A stretch of DNA of 64,000 bases from a virus: the UHGV virus genome UHGV-0075239, one strand, 5' to 3'. Under the pieces are notes generated by a model. It searched no databases, was not told the origin of the DNA, and saw only the letters and a program-made list of their open reading frames with translations. A program made the position numbers and the translations under genes. This document shows positions 56,380-64,000 of this stretch, piece after piece. Within the stretch, counting starts at the first letter, position 1; each line of letters starts with the position of its first letter.

Positions 56380-57486
56380 ATGTTAACTCAAATCAATTTG
56401 AAAGACCGTCAGATGCATGCATCCTCGTTCCAGTACGACCCTGCGGGCATCAGCGTGTTCGACGCGAGCCCCGCTATGGCAAAGAAACTCGTCAGCGACA
56501 GACGTCTGCATGACTCGAACTTTGCATTCGTACAGACGTCGCTTGCAAAACTCCACGAAAAGGTTTACGAACCGAAGTGGAATACCACGTACGCCCAGGA
56601 TATTCCTGTCAAGGTCGGCGGCGGCTTGGTCGACTTTGTGGAATACTACACGGTCGAGTGGGCTGGTCAGGGCGATGAGACCACTCTGGTCGGCAACAAC
56701 GTGAACCAGGTTCAGCGTGTGAACGCGAAAGCCAACGCGAACAAGGTGGATGTATTCACCTACGAAATCGCGTACGGGCTGAAGTTCATCGAGGTCGAGA
56801 AACTGAACAAGGTCAATTTCACGAAATCGCTCGAAGCCATCTACAAGGACGCAATCGTTGCGGGCTTTGATATCTTCGTCAACAAGATTGCGTATCTCGG
56901 CGCGAACGGCAACGACGGTCTGTTCACCAGCGACTCGCGCGTTCCTGTTTCGGTTATTCCCGCTGGCACGCTTGCTCCCGCGAGCACGGGCTTTGCGCAG
57001 ATGACCGACGGCGAGGTTGTGGCTCTCATCAACGGCATCATCAGCGACTCGCTGATTCAGTCCAACATGAACCTCGCCCTTATTCCCGACAACATTCTTA
57101 TGCCTGTCGAGGATGCGACCGAGCTTACCAGCCGTTTCAGCACGCTGTATACGGCAACGCTCCGCGAGTTCATCATGGGGCACAACATGGGCATCGACGA
57201 GTCCATCGCGGCGGGTGTGGAGAACTACCGTTTGAAACTGAAGGGACGTCCTCAGCTCAGCGGCATGGGCACGAACAGCCACGGTCGTATCGTTGCGTAC
57301 CGCTATGACGAGGATTTCCTGCGTTTGGATATCCCTTACGCCATCAGCCTGTACATCACTCTGCCCGACATCACCAACGCGGAATACGTTTCGCTGTTCG
57401 TGGGTCAGGTTTCGCAGATTCAGATGATGTACAACACGGACGCGGCGGACCTCACGGCACCAATCAAGTACTACGACTTTGCTTGA
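56380..57486 (+). CDS. major capsid protein (DUF2184/encapsulin-like HK97 fold)
   Basis: L.....KVYE, IPV, N.IAY.G....GL, PD.ILMP, R.VAY..D...L...IP; strongly biased codon usage. Confidence 0.85.
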   Translation: MLTQINLKDRQMHASSFQYDPAGISVFDASPAMAKKLVSDRRLHDSNFAFVQTSLAKLHEKVYEPKWNTTYAQDIPVKVGGGLVDFVEYYTVEWAGQGDETTLVGNNVNQVQRVNAKANANKVDVFTYEIAYGLKFIEVEKLNKVNFTKSLEAIYKDAIVAGFDIFVNKIAYLGANGNDGLFTSDSRVPVSVIPAGTLAPASTGFAQMTDGEVVALINGIISDSLIQSNMNLALIPDNILMPVEDATELTSRFSTLYTATLREFIMGHNMGIDESIAAGVENYRLKLKGRPQLSGMGTNSHGRIVAYRYDEDFLRLDIPYAISLYITLPDITNAEYVSLFVGQVSQIQMMYNTDAADLTAPIKYYDFA

Positions 57487-57518
57487 TAGGAGCAAAAAAG
57501 TCTAACCAAAATTGTTAT

Positions 57519-57556
57519 AATACTCGTAGAGTTTCCTCTACGAGTATTTTATTTTG
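57519..57556 (+). terminator. terminator after the major capsid gene
   Basis: AATACTCGTAGAG-tttc-CTCTACGAGTATT perfect 13-bp stem plus T tract. Confidence 0.7.
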
Positions 57557-57563
57557 GTGGGTT

Positions 57564-59105
57564 ATGAGAATAGAGACTTGTTCGCAGTGCGGAAAAGAGT
57601 TTGAATCTACTACGAGTTGTAAGGTTTGTCCAGATTGCAGAAAAGATAAGATTTGCATTGTGTGCGGCAAACCTATGAATTGGAGAAGAGATAAATATTG
57701 TAGTAAGAAGTGCGCGGTTATCGGATGGACCTCTAATAAGGAAGCGCATGCAAAGATTTCCGAGTCTGTGAAGTTGTATGAAGCAAGCCTTACTGATGAA
57801 CAACGAGCAGAGCGTTCAGAGAAGTTGTCTCAGATTCATAAAAAGCGTTATGAAGATAATCCGAGTCTGCTTGAGTCTAAACGAAGGAAGATGTTGGAGC
57901 ATTGGAAGCGAGATGATGGTGGTCATCGAGAGGCATTCTCTATTGGGTGTTCGGACGCGATGTTTCGGAGGTGGTCTGAGGTTGACAGAATAGATTTTTA
58001 TCGGGGTGTGTATGGTGACTTGCCAATTGAGACCTTGAAGATGCTTGATGATGAGGTTTTGTTGCAGCAGTACGTGGATAGTTTGCCGATTGAAGATCGT
58101 ACCGCTATGGTGGTTGCAACGCGTTTAGGTTTGCCGTTGCACGCGATAGCGTCGCGTAGTGAATATGGTACTTTGAAATTGGAGCGTACTCAAAAGAGTT
58201 CGTATGAGACTTTGATTGGTTCGTGGTTACGTGATGAGGGATTGGTGTTCGAAGCGAGTAACCGTACTGTGTTACATGGAAAGGAGCTAGATTTTTATTT
58301 TGAAGACGCTAAGATGGCTATTGAGTTCAACGGCTCTTATTGGCACTCTGTCCAGCAGTTGTCAAAGCGTGTTTCAAATCCAATGAAGTATCATCAAGAT
58401 AAGTCGTTGGTGTGTCGTGAGAATGGAATACGCCTTATTCATATTTGGGATTGGGAATGGGATGATGAGAGGATACGAGAGAGGATAAAATCTCAGATTT
58501 TAGGTTGTTTCGGTCGTTCGAATCGTGTGTTTGCAAGAAAGTGTATTTTACGCGAGTTGAGTCATTCAGAGTCGGAGAAGTTCTTTAAGCAAAATAGTGA
58601 GTTTGGTGCAAAGGGCGGTACCATTGTTACTTTTGGTTTGGAGTTTGACGGAAGAATTTTAATGGCTTATGGAGTTACTTTTAAGCAAACAGGTCGTGGT
58701 GGGTATGATAGGACGGCTCTCGAGATAGGTCGTTCGGCAACTGCGTTAAATACGGTTGTTGTTGGTGGTGCAAGCAGATTGATGAGGCACGTTAAGGATT
58801 GGGCGAGGAGACATTATCCCAGTGTTAAGGAAGTGCATTATTTTGTTGATTTTGATAAGCATGCAGGTACTTCGTTGGCGGCTATGGGAGGAAGGTTTAT
58901 TGAGGTTACACCACCGAGCGTTCGAATAATATTTATGAAAGAATGCACGCTATTCAATAAGACAGGTGACTGTTTTATTCCAAGCGTTGGTAAGGTGTAT
59001 TCAAGAATGCCACAATATCATTCTGCTGTTAAGCACCAGGATGAGATTGGAAATTTACTGACGTTGGCAAATGCGGGCACTTTGCATTATGTTTTTGATT
59101 TATAA
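57564..59105 (+). CDS. Hef-like homing endonuclease (Zn fingers, Vsr/DUF559-like nuclease, GNAT-like C-terminus)
   Basis: CxxC repeats; ELDFY...AIEFNGSYWHS..H..K...C...GIRLIHIW..EW; ARKC, VVGGASRL; AT-rich. Confidence 0.75.
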   Translation: MRIETCSQCGKEFESTTSCKVCPDCRKDKICIVCGKPMNWRRDKYCSKKCAVIGWTSNKEAHAKISESVKLYEASLTDEQRAERSEKLSQIHKKRYEDNPSLLESKRRKMLEHWKRDDGGHREAFSIGCSDAMFRRWSEVDRIDFYRGVYGDLPIETLKMLDDEVLLQQYVDSLPIEDRTAMVVATRLGLPLHAIASRSEYGTLKLERTQKSSYETLIGSWLRDEGLVFEASNRTVLHGKELDFYFEDAKMAIEFNGSYWHSVQQLSKRVSNPMKYHQDKSLVCRENGIRLIHIWDWEWDDERIRERIKSQILGCFGRSNRVFARKCILRELSHSESEKFFKQNSEFGAKGGTIVTFGLEFDGRILMAYGVTFKQTGRGGYDRTALEIGRSATALNTVVVGGASRLMRHVKDWARRHYPSVKEVHYFVDFDKHAGTSLAAMGGRFIEVTPPSVRIIFMKECTLFNKTGDCFIPSVGKVYSRMPQYHSAVKHQDEIGNLLTLANAGTLHYVFDL

Positions 59106-59150
59106 GTTTGATTTTGTATATGTAGGTAAGTTCGAAGGAGGACTCAAAAG

Positions 59151-61409
59151 ATGCTGAACAAAATCGGGTATATCAACGGAATAAAATTCGATGAGTTGCA
59201 GGCTCACCTATTCTCTATTGAAGACCGAAGCAAATATTATTACTATCCCAAGACGCAAGAGTGTGGATACAAGGCGGGCATCGATGATGACTGTCTTTTC
59301 GTTATTTCAAAGGCGCATCAGCATTACGACAGTCGGGCATCTCGCTGGGTGTGTGATTTCGGTGACTTTGATGAGCTGTTGACTAAGCAGTTCGGCGGTT
59401 ACGGAAGCGACCCGAAGAAGGACTACGAGGAATGGTTGCCGAAGAAGATTGATGCGGTTAAGCGTGCGATGGCTCACTACGAAGAGCTTGGAGGCAAGTT
59501 GGAAATCGTGGTAGAGACGGGTCGGTTTTACGTACTCAAATACGCGGCTACTCGTTACCTCGCCATTCCGAAAGAGTTCGTGGATGTCGAGCGTGTGAAC
59601 AACTATGACGACTTTACTGTCGGGGACATAAGCGCGATGCTTTCGGGCGGCAATCCCGTTGACGTGGAAGGCGGTGGGCTTGTGTTGGCGAACACGGAAA
59701 GTGCGTTAGGCTTGCCCACAACGGTTCATATGTGCGAGGTAAGAAGCAAGCACGCGGAGATGCAGAAAGAGCTTGAACGTGCCGAGGCTGAGGCGAAAGA
59801 GAAATATGAGCTTGCGCGGAAAGAAATGGAACGCAAGATGCAGGAACTGAAAGAGAAGCAGGAGTTGCAGCTTGCGGAACTGCGACAGCGCGTGGACAAG
59901 ATGAAGGACTCGATTTTCATGTTAGAGCTCAACATTTTCGCGTTGCGTTCATTGTTTGGAGAGACCTTTACTTTGACCCAGTTGAGAAGGGGTAAGACGA
60001 GCAACAGTCCGCTGGTGCTTTATCAGAAGTTCAAGTTTCTTGATGAAGAGTTCGCATTGCTGGCGGTGAAGGAGTTCGGCAGGTTCGACGGCAATCACGG
60101 AACAACGACCGAGATTTTCAAGAAGCAGTGCGTATTGGACGTGTTCGCTCCGAGTGAGAAATGCATCACGTTTTTCCGCACGTCGAAGGACAAGAAGTAC
60201 TTCGCATACGATTCGGAAATCGACGGACTGAAAGCGTTGGAATATTACCATGAGAATCAGGTCGGAATGATTATCCGCAATGGCGAGAACATCTGGCTGA
60301 GCTTTATTGACGAAGAGGTGTTCGTTGAGGACAATCTGTTCGAGTCGGCGGCTACGTGGGCGGAAGCGGAGAGGAAAATCAAGCCCGACTGGAAAGGTGA
60401 ATACGACTACAAGAATGATATAATCGAACCAGGAAAAACGAAGTTACGCGACCCTGTCGTAAAGAAGGCAATCGATAAGATGATGCTTTTCTACATTATC
60501 GAGGGTCTGGTTCAAAGCACCAACATATTTACTGAGCTGAAAGATGTCAATCTGCGCGTGCCGTCCGATAAGGTCATTTTCTCGTCTGCGGACGCACAAC
60601 TGACGTCAAATAAATATCCTGATTTCAAGACGTATTTTTCGCAGTGGCGTGATCTCGGCAAGGAGGGTGATGTTCGAATCGGGGACACGATTCTCATCGT
60701 TGAACGCGCCGCCGCAAGTCATTATGATTATACGTGGAAGCAGGAAGAGCACCGCTCTCGCGGATATGAAAATCGTGCGCGTGATGCCGAAGACATCAAG
60801 CCAGGTCTGAATACCATCAGCTTTATTGAGAAGCAGGATGAATGGTACGAGCTGGATAGGGAAGGCAAGCCGTATAAAACGGCGGAAGAGACTGGCGGTG
60901 AGCCTATCTATTATCGCAAGCGTATTTATGGAGTTCCAGATACGACTAATCCAAATGTCGTTTGTGAACCGAAGTACACATTTTACGTTTCAGCGAAGAG
61001 GCACGTCGAGGATTGGCAGCGAATGGATGCGTATGGCAACTTGCCGTCCAGAGTGAACAATGTAAATCTGAAATTGTACAACGACGAGTTCTGTCCTGTG
61101 GACTTTATCAACTCAAATTATGTGGTTTCGTGGATGGAGCAGAAAAACATCGGGGACTGGTACAGAGGAAACTACGTGTATTTGGTTGAGAACGTATTCC
61201 ACTCATTATTGAAGATGTTGCGCGGTCGTGAGGAACGCGAAAACACGATGATTCGCATTCACATTCCAACGTTCTCTGGGACGCCCGACGAGCTGGACGC
61301 TGTGACGGAGTGGAAGAAGACACACGTTGTCAGAAACTTTACTGAATGGCAAGCAAAAAGGTTTGCGCGGTGGTATATGGAGAGCGGGAGGTGCAACAAT
61401 GAAAAATAA
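59151..61409 (+). CDS. large hypothetical protein with central coiled coil
   Basis: 752 aa, GGAGG RBS. Confidence 0.7.
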   Translation: MLNKIGYINGIKFDELQAHLFSIEDRSKYYYYPKTQECGYKAGIDDDCLFVISKAHQHYDSRASRWVCDFGDFDELLTKQFGGYGSDPKKDYEEWLPKKIDAVKRAMAHYEELGGKLEIVVETGRFYVLKYAATRYLAIPKEFVDVERVNNYDDFTVGDISAMLSGGNPVDVEGGGLVLANTESALGLPTTVHMCEVRSKHAEMQKELERAEAEAKEKYELARKEMERKMQELKEKQELQLAELRQRVDKMKDSIFMLELNIFALRSLFGETFTLTQLRRGKTSNSPLVLYQKFKFLDEEFALLAVKEFGRFDGNHGTTTEIFKKQCVLDVFAPSEKCITFFRTSKDKKYFAYDSEIDGLKALEYYHENQVGMIIRNGENIWLSFIDEEVFVEDNLFESAATWAEAERKIKPDWKGEYDYKNDIIEPGKTKLRDPVVKKAIDKMMLFYIIEGLVQSTNIFTELKDVNLRVPSDKVIFSSADAQLTSNKYPDFKTYFSQWRDLGKEGDVRIGDTILIVERAAASHYDYTWKQEEHRSRGYENRARDAEDIKPGLNTISFIEKQDEWYELDREGKPYKTAEETGGEPIYYRKRIYGVPDTTNPNVVCEPKYTFYVSAKRHVEDWQRMDAYGNLPSRVNNVNLKLYNDEFCPVDFINSNYVVSWMEQKNIGDWYRGNYVYLVENVFHSLLKMLRGREERENTMIRIHIPTFSGTPDELDAVTEWKKTHVVRNFTEWQAKRFARWYMESGRCNNEK

Positions 61410-61605
61410 AACCATCGAAGATTTAAGAGAGGTTGATGTGCGGCTTGACTGCCGTTGCGCCGAGTGTGGAGAGATACTAATTGTAAATCATCGAGTTGAT
61501 GAGGCGCGAATGATACGAGACTTCATATCGTCTAAGGACGGAAGTCGGCATTACTGTTTGAAGTGTGTGGCGGAGTTTGCTAATCAAAGAGACTCGGAGG
61601 AGTAA
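61399..61605 (+). CDS. small Zn-finger protein
   Basis: CAECG...CLKC. Confidence 0.5.
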   Translation: MKNKTIEDLREVDVRLDCRCAECGEILIVNHRVDEARMIRDFISSKDGSRHYCLKCVAEFANQRDSEE

Positions 61606-62601
61606 ATGAAAAAGGAACTAATACTTATTGACGCATCGTGGGTCATCCACCGTATGTGGCACGTTCATCAGGACTTGCAGGTGACACTGCATAACGGCAC
61701 GGTGCTGAAATCTGGGCATTTGTATGGTGTCGCTCGGCTGTTGAAGTCACTGAACACGAAGCACCCAGAGGCGGACATCGTATTCTGTCTGGACGGCGTG
61801 GCTGTTCACGGCACGAGCCTTAATCCAGAGTACAAAGCGAATCGCGGGCACGGCACGGTTGCAACGGCGTTTGATGACTTGGGTGTCATTGCTGAGTGTG
61901 CGGCGGCGTTTGATCGCACGCAAATTGCTTTCCACCGCGCTCTGGAAGCGGACGAAGTTATCGCGTATATGGCGCAGATGTGGCAGTCGGAATACGAGCG
62001 CATCATCGTGTATTCTGCGGACGGGGATATGTTGCAACTTCTCGCGGCGGGTGACAACATCTTTATTGCGAAGGAGTTCGATACCGACGGCAGGTTGAAG
62101 TTGGTCGATTTGAAGACTTACTACGAAGACCCGAAATACACCGATAAGTTTCTCGGTTGCCGTATCGACGCGTTGCCGCTGTACAGGGCGATGGTCGGGG
62201 ACAGTTCGGACAATCTGCCAGGGTTTCCGCGCATCAGAAAGAAGGTGGCAAAGGAAATTGCGGAGAAGTACAACACTGTGGACGCGATTGCAGCGGGATG
62301 TAAAGATGGCGACCCTCTGTTCCCGAAGGGGTTTGAGGGATTCCTCTCGACCCTGTGCACGAACTACGAAATCATGAAACTGCCGACAGTTACGGACTTG
62401 GCGTTGCGCGGTCATCTGCCGAATCTTTACAGCAAGGACGGAGATGAGGAAGCGCGTTGCCTGTTCTCGTTGTATAGGATAAGGTCGGTAAGCCCAGTCG
62501 AGACGCACGTCGTGGCCGAGGAAGCCGAGGACGGATACCTGCGGGTGCGCGATACCACTAATGAGAATTGGAGGCATCCGAACAGCGTATTGAAGGGTTG
62601 A
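61606..62601 (+). CDS. 5'-3' exonuclease (flap endonuclease/RNase H)
   Basis: LID, D, YKANR, EADEVI, S.DGDMLQL, GDSSDNLPG. Confidence 0.92.
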   Translation: MKKELILIDASWVIHRMWHVHQDLQVTLHNGTVLKSGHLYGVARLLKSLNTKHPEADIVFCLDGVAVHGTSLNPEYKANRGHGTVATAFDDLGVIAECAAAFDRTQIAFHRALEADEVIAYMAQMWQSEYERIIVYSADGDMLQLLAAGDNIFIAKEFDTDGRLKLVDLKTYYEDPKYTDKFLGCRIDALPLYRAMVGDSSDNLPGFPRIRKKVAKEIAEKYNTVDAIAAGCKDGDPLFPKGFEGFLSTLCTNYEIMKLPTVTDLALRGHLPNLYSKDGDEEARCLFSLYRIRSVSPVETHVVAEEAEDGYLRVRDTTNENWRHPNSVLKG

Positions 62602-62602
62602 A

Positions 62603-63463
62603 ATGGCAGAGCAAGAACTACTTGAAATTTTAGAGGCGCACTTCGGACGCCCTAAGGTAAAGGGGAACTATGCGTACATATGTTCCCCTTTTAACCCCAA
62701 TGACAAGAATCCGTCTTGCTCGGTTTTGCTCCGCGACACGGAGAAGTTCACCGAGGGTTTCTTTAAAGACTTCTCGACGGGAAAGTCTGGCAACATTTAC
62801 AAGTTGCTAAACATCGAGCACGACTTTGGTCTGCGCAAGAAGAAAAAGAAACTGCCAACACTCAATTCGCCGTCTGTCGCGAAATTTCATATGTCGCGAT
62901 TTGAGTACACACCATCGAAGTATCTGTTCTCTCGCGGCATCTCGTATGAGGTGCAGGAGCAGTTTCGGGTTCACGAATACGATGACCGAGTTTCGATGCC
63001 AGCGTTCGATAAGGACGGGTACTTTATGTATGATGTATCACGCCTTATTCATGAGAAGGGGTATGCGAACTCAGCTCCGACGGACGCCGTTCCCGCCCTC
63101 ACGCACACGTTGCGCCCGACCGATATGGTGTTCGTGTGCGAGTCAATGATTGATGCCTACACATTCTGCACAGTCGGCTTTAAGGCGATTGCTTTGAACG
63201 GCGCAGGAAACCACAACGGACTGGTGGAACTGTTCAAAGAGCACTACGGCAAAATAGTTCTATCCCTCGACCCAGATAAAGTCGGGCGTGATAACGCCGA
63301 GCAGATTATGGAAAAGTTGGCTAAGAAGGACGTTGCAAATTTGGAGTTGCCGTTCGACGTTAACGAGTGCTGGACTCGTATGCTGGCGGTGATGGACTTT
63401 GACACAGCGCGTGAGAAGTTTCGGGCGTTCATCTTTCGGCTTTTGGGTATGGAACAGGTATGA
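62603..63463 (+). CDS. DNA primase (degenerate Zn finger and TOPRIM)
   Basis: SPF..D.NPS, YL.SRGI, VCES.IDA, L.LD.D..G. Confidence 0.85.
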   Translation: MAEQELLEILEAHFGRPKVKGNYAYICSPFNPNDKNPSCSVLLRDTEKFTEGFFKDFSTGKSGNIYKLLNIEHDFGLRKKKKKLPTLNSPSVAKFHMSRFEYTPSKYLFSRGISYEVQEQFRVHEYDDRVSMPAFDKDGYFMYDVSRLIHEKGYANSAPTDAVPALTHTLRPTDMVFVCESMIDAYTFCTVGFKAIALNGAGNHNGLVELFKEHYGKIVLSLDPDKVGRDNAEQIMEKLAKKDVANLELPFDVNECWTRMLAVMDFDTAREKFRAFIFRLLGMEQV

Positions 63464-63519
63464 TGAAAATCGTACCTGTTTTTGTATATGTAAGCACCAA
63501 ATCAAAGGAGAATTGAACA

Positions 63520-63705
63520 ATGACACTCAACGAATTTATGCAGCTCATAAAGTGGGCTAAGGAAATCGGGATTACGACTCTCGGTCAACTAAAACAATTT
63601 AAGGATACATATACGGACGGGACGAACAACGACCTTATTAACAAGGTGCACGGTTGTTTCGTACATAATATCACGTTCGAAGACCTCACGGCGGTGAAAA
63701 GATGA
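63520..63705 (+). CDS. small hypothetical protein
   Basis: AAAGGAG RBS. Confidence 0.55.
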   Translation: MTLNEFMQLIKWAKEIGITTLGQLKQFKDTYTDGTNNDLINKVHGCFVHNITFEDLTAVKR

Positions 63706-63785
63706 CCGCCGTAGGCATGCGGGTTCGTCTTACCATGTATCAATGGTGACGGTTCTTTCCTCGCATACCGAGGAATATGAGGTTT

Positions 63786-63900
63786 GAAATAAATAATTTT
63801 AATTAAAATATTTTTTCATGTAAACGCTTGCAATCTTAAATAAAATGTGCTATATTAGGCACAAGGTTGGAAGTGATAAACACCCAAACCTCAAAGGAGA
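63786..63900 (+). promoter_or_regulatory. strong early sigmaA promoter (repeat copy 3)
   Basis: Same palindrome, TTGCAA (63828-33), 17 bp, TG.TATATT (63851-56). Confidence 0.85.
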
Positions 63901-63907
63901 ATCGAAC

Positions 63908-64000
63908 ATGAACAAGGAAAGAATTTCAGTAGTAAGCAAAGACGCGGCGTGGGCGTTGGCAAACAGGCTTTTCCCCACGGACTACGACAGGGACGCGCAG
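63908..64000 (+). CDS. early hypothetical protein (partial, runs off the window)
   Basis: AAAGGAG RBS, ATG at 63908, open to the window end. Confidence 0.6.
   Translation, partial: MNKERISVVSKDAAWALANRLFPTDYDRDAQ

Noticed and set aside
56383..57495. Long minus-strand ORFs (e.g. 370 aa antisense to the capsid gene; also 1082-2158, 12321-13403, 37337-38416)
   Set aside because: They mirror well-supported + strand genes with biased codon usage and have no RBS or recognisable motifs
57483..57563. Frameshift fusion of the capsid protein to the downstream endonuclease
   Set aside because: No slippery sequence, tandem stops and a strong hairpin intervene
1..64000. Stop-codon reassignment
   Set aside because: Conserved genes are full length in code 11, TAG, TGA and TAA all end genes followed by a new RBS, and no suppressor tRNA is seen

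Overview
This 64-kb window comes from a large tailed dsDNA phage, probably with a contractile tail. Every credible gene is on the + strand in the standard genetic code. A Firmicutes/Clostridia-type host is inferred from sigmaA-type TG-extended promoters, GGAGG ribosome binding sites, and SpoIIID-, YopX- and RecU-like genes. Structural genes (baseplate, tail fibres, small terminase, holin-like, major capsid) occur as islands among a nearly complete replication/recombination set: PolA, DnaB, primase, clamp-like protein, DnaX-like loader, ligase, 5'-3' exonuclease, SSBs, RecA, SbcCD and two resolvases. There are also seven free-standing homing endonucleases and auxiliary enzymes (MetK, MTA/SAH nucleosidase, AsnB-like amide ligase, DUF2156/Fem-like GNAT). 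The most unusual part is a ~930-nt non-coding array (42770-43696) of tandem structured RNAs. Eight helices in it end in NCCA. It holds one canonical tRNA-Pro, an 83-nt tmRNA reduced to its tRNA-like domain, a second Ala-identity (G3.U70) tRNA mimic with no anticodon loop, and several minihelix or pseudoknot RNAs. A Tad2-like gene lies just downstream. Three promoter classes and two sigma-like genes suggest a transcription cascade. All protein calls come from motif recognition by eye; no database searches or folding programs were run.
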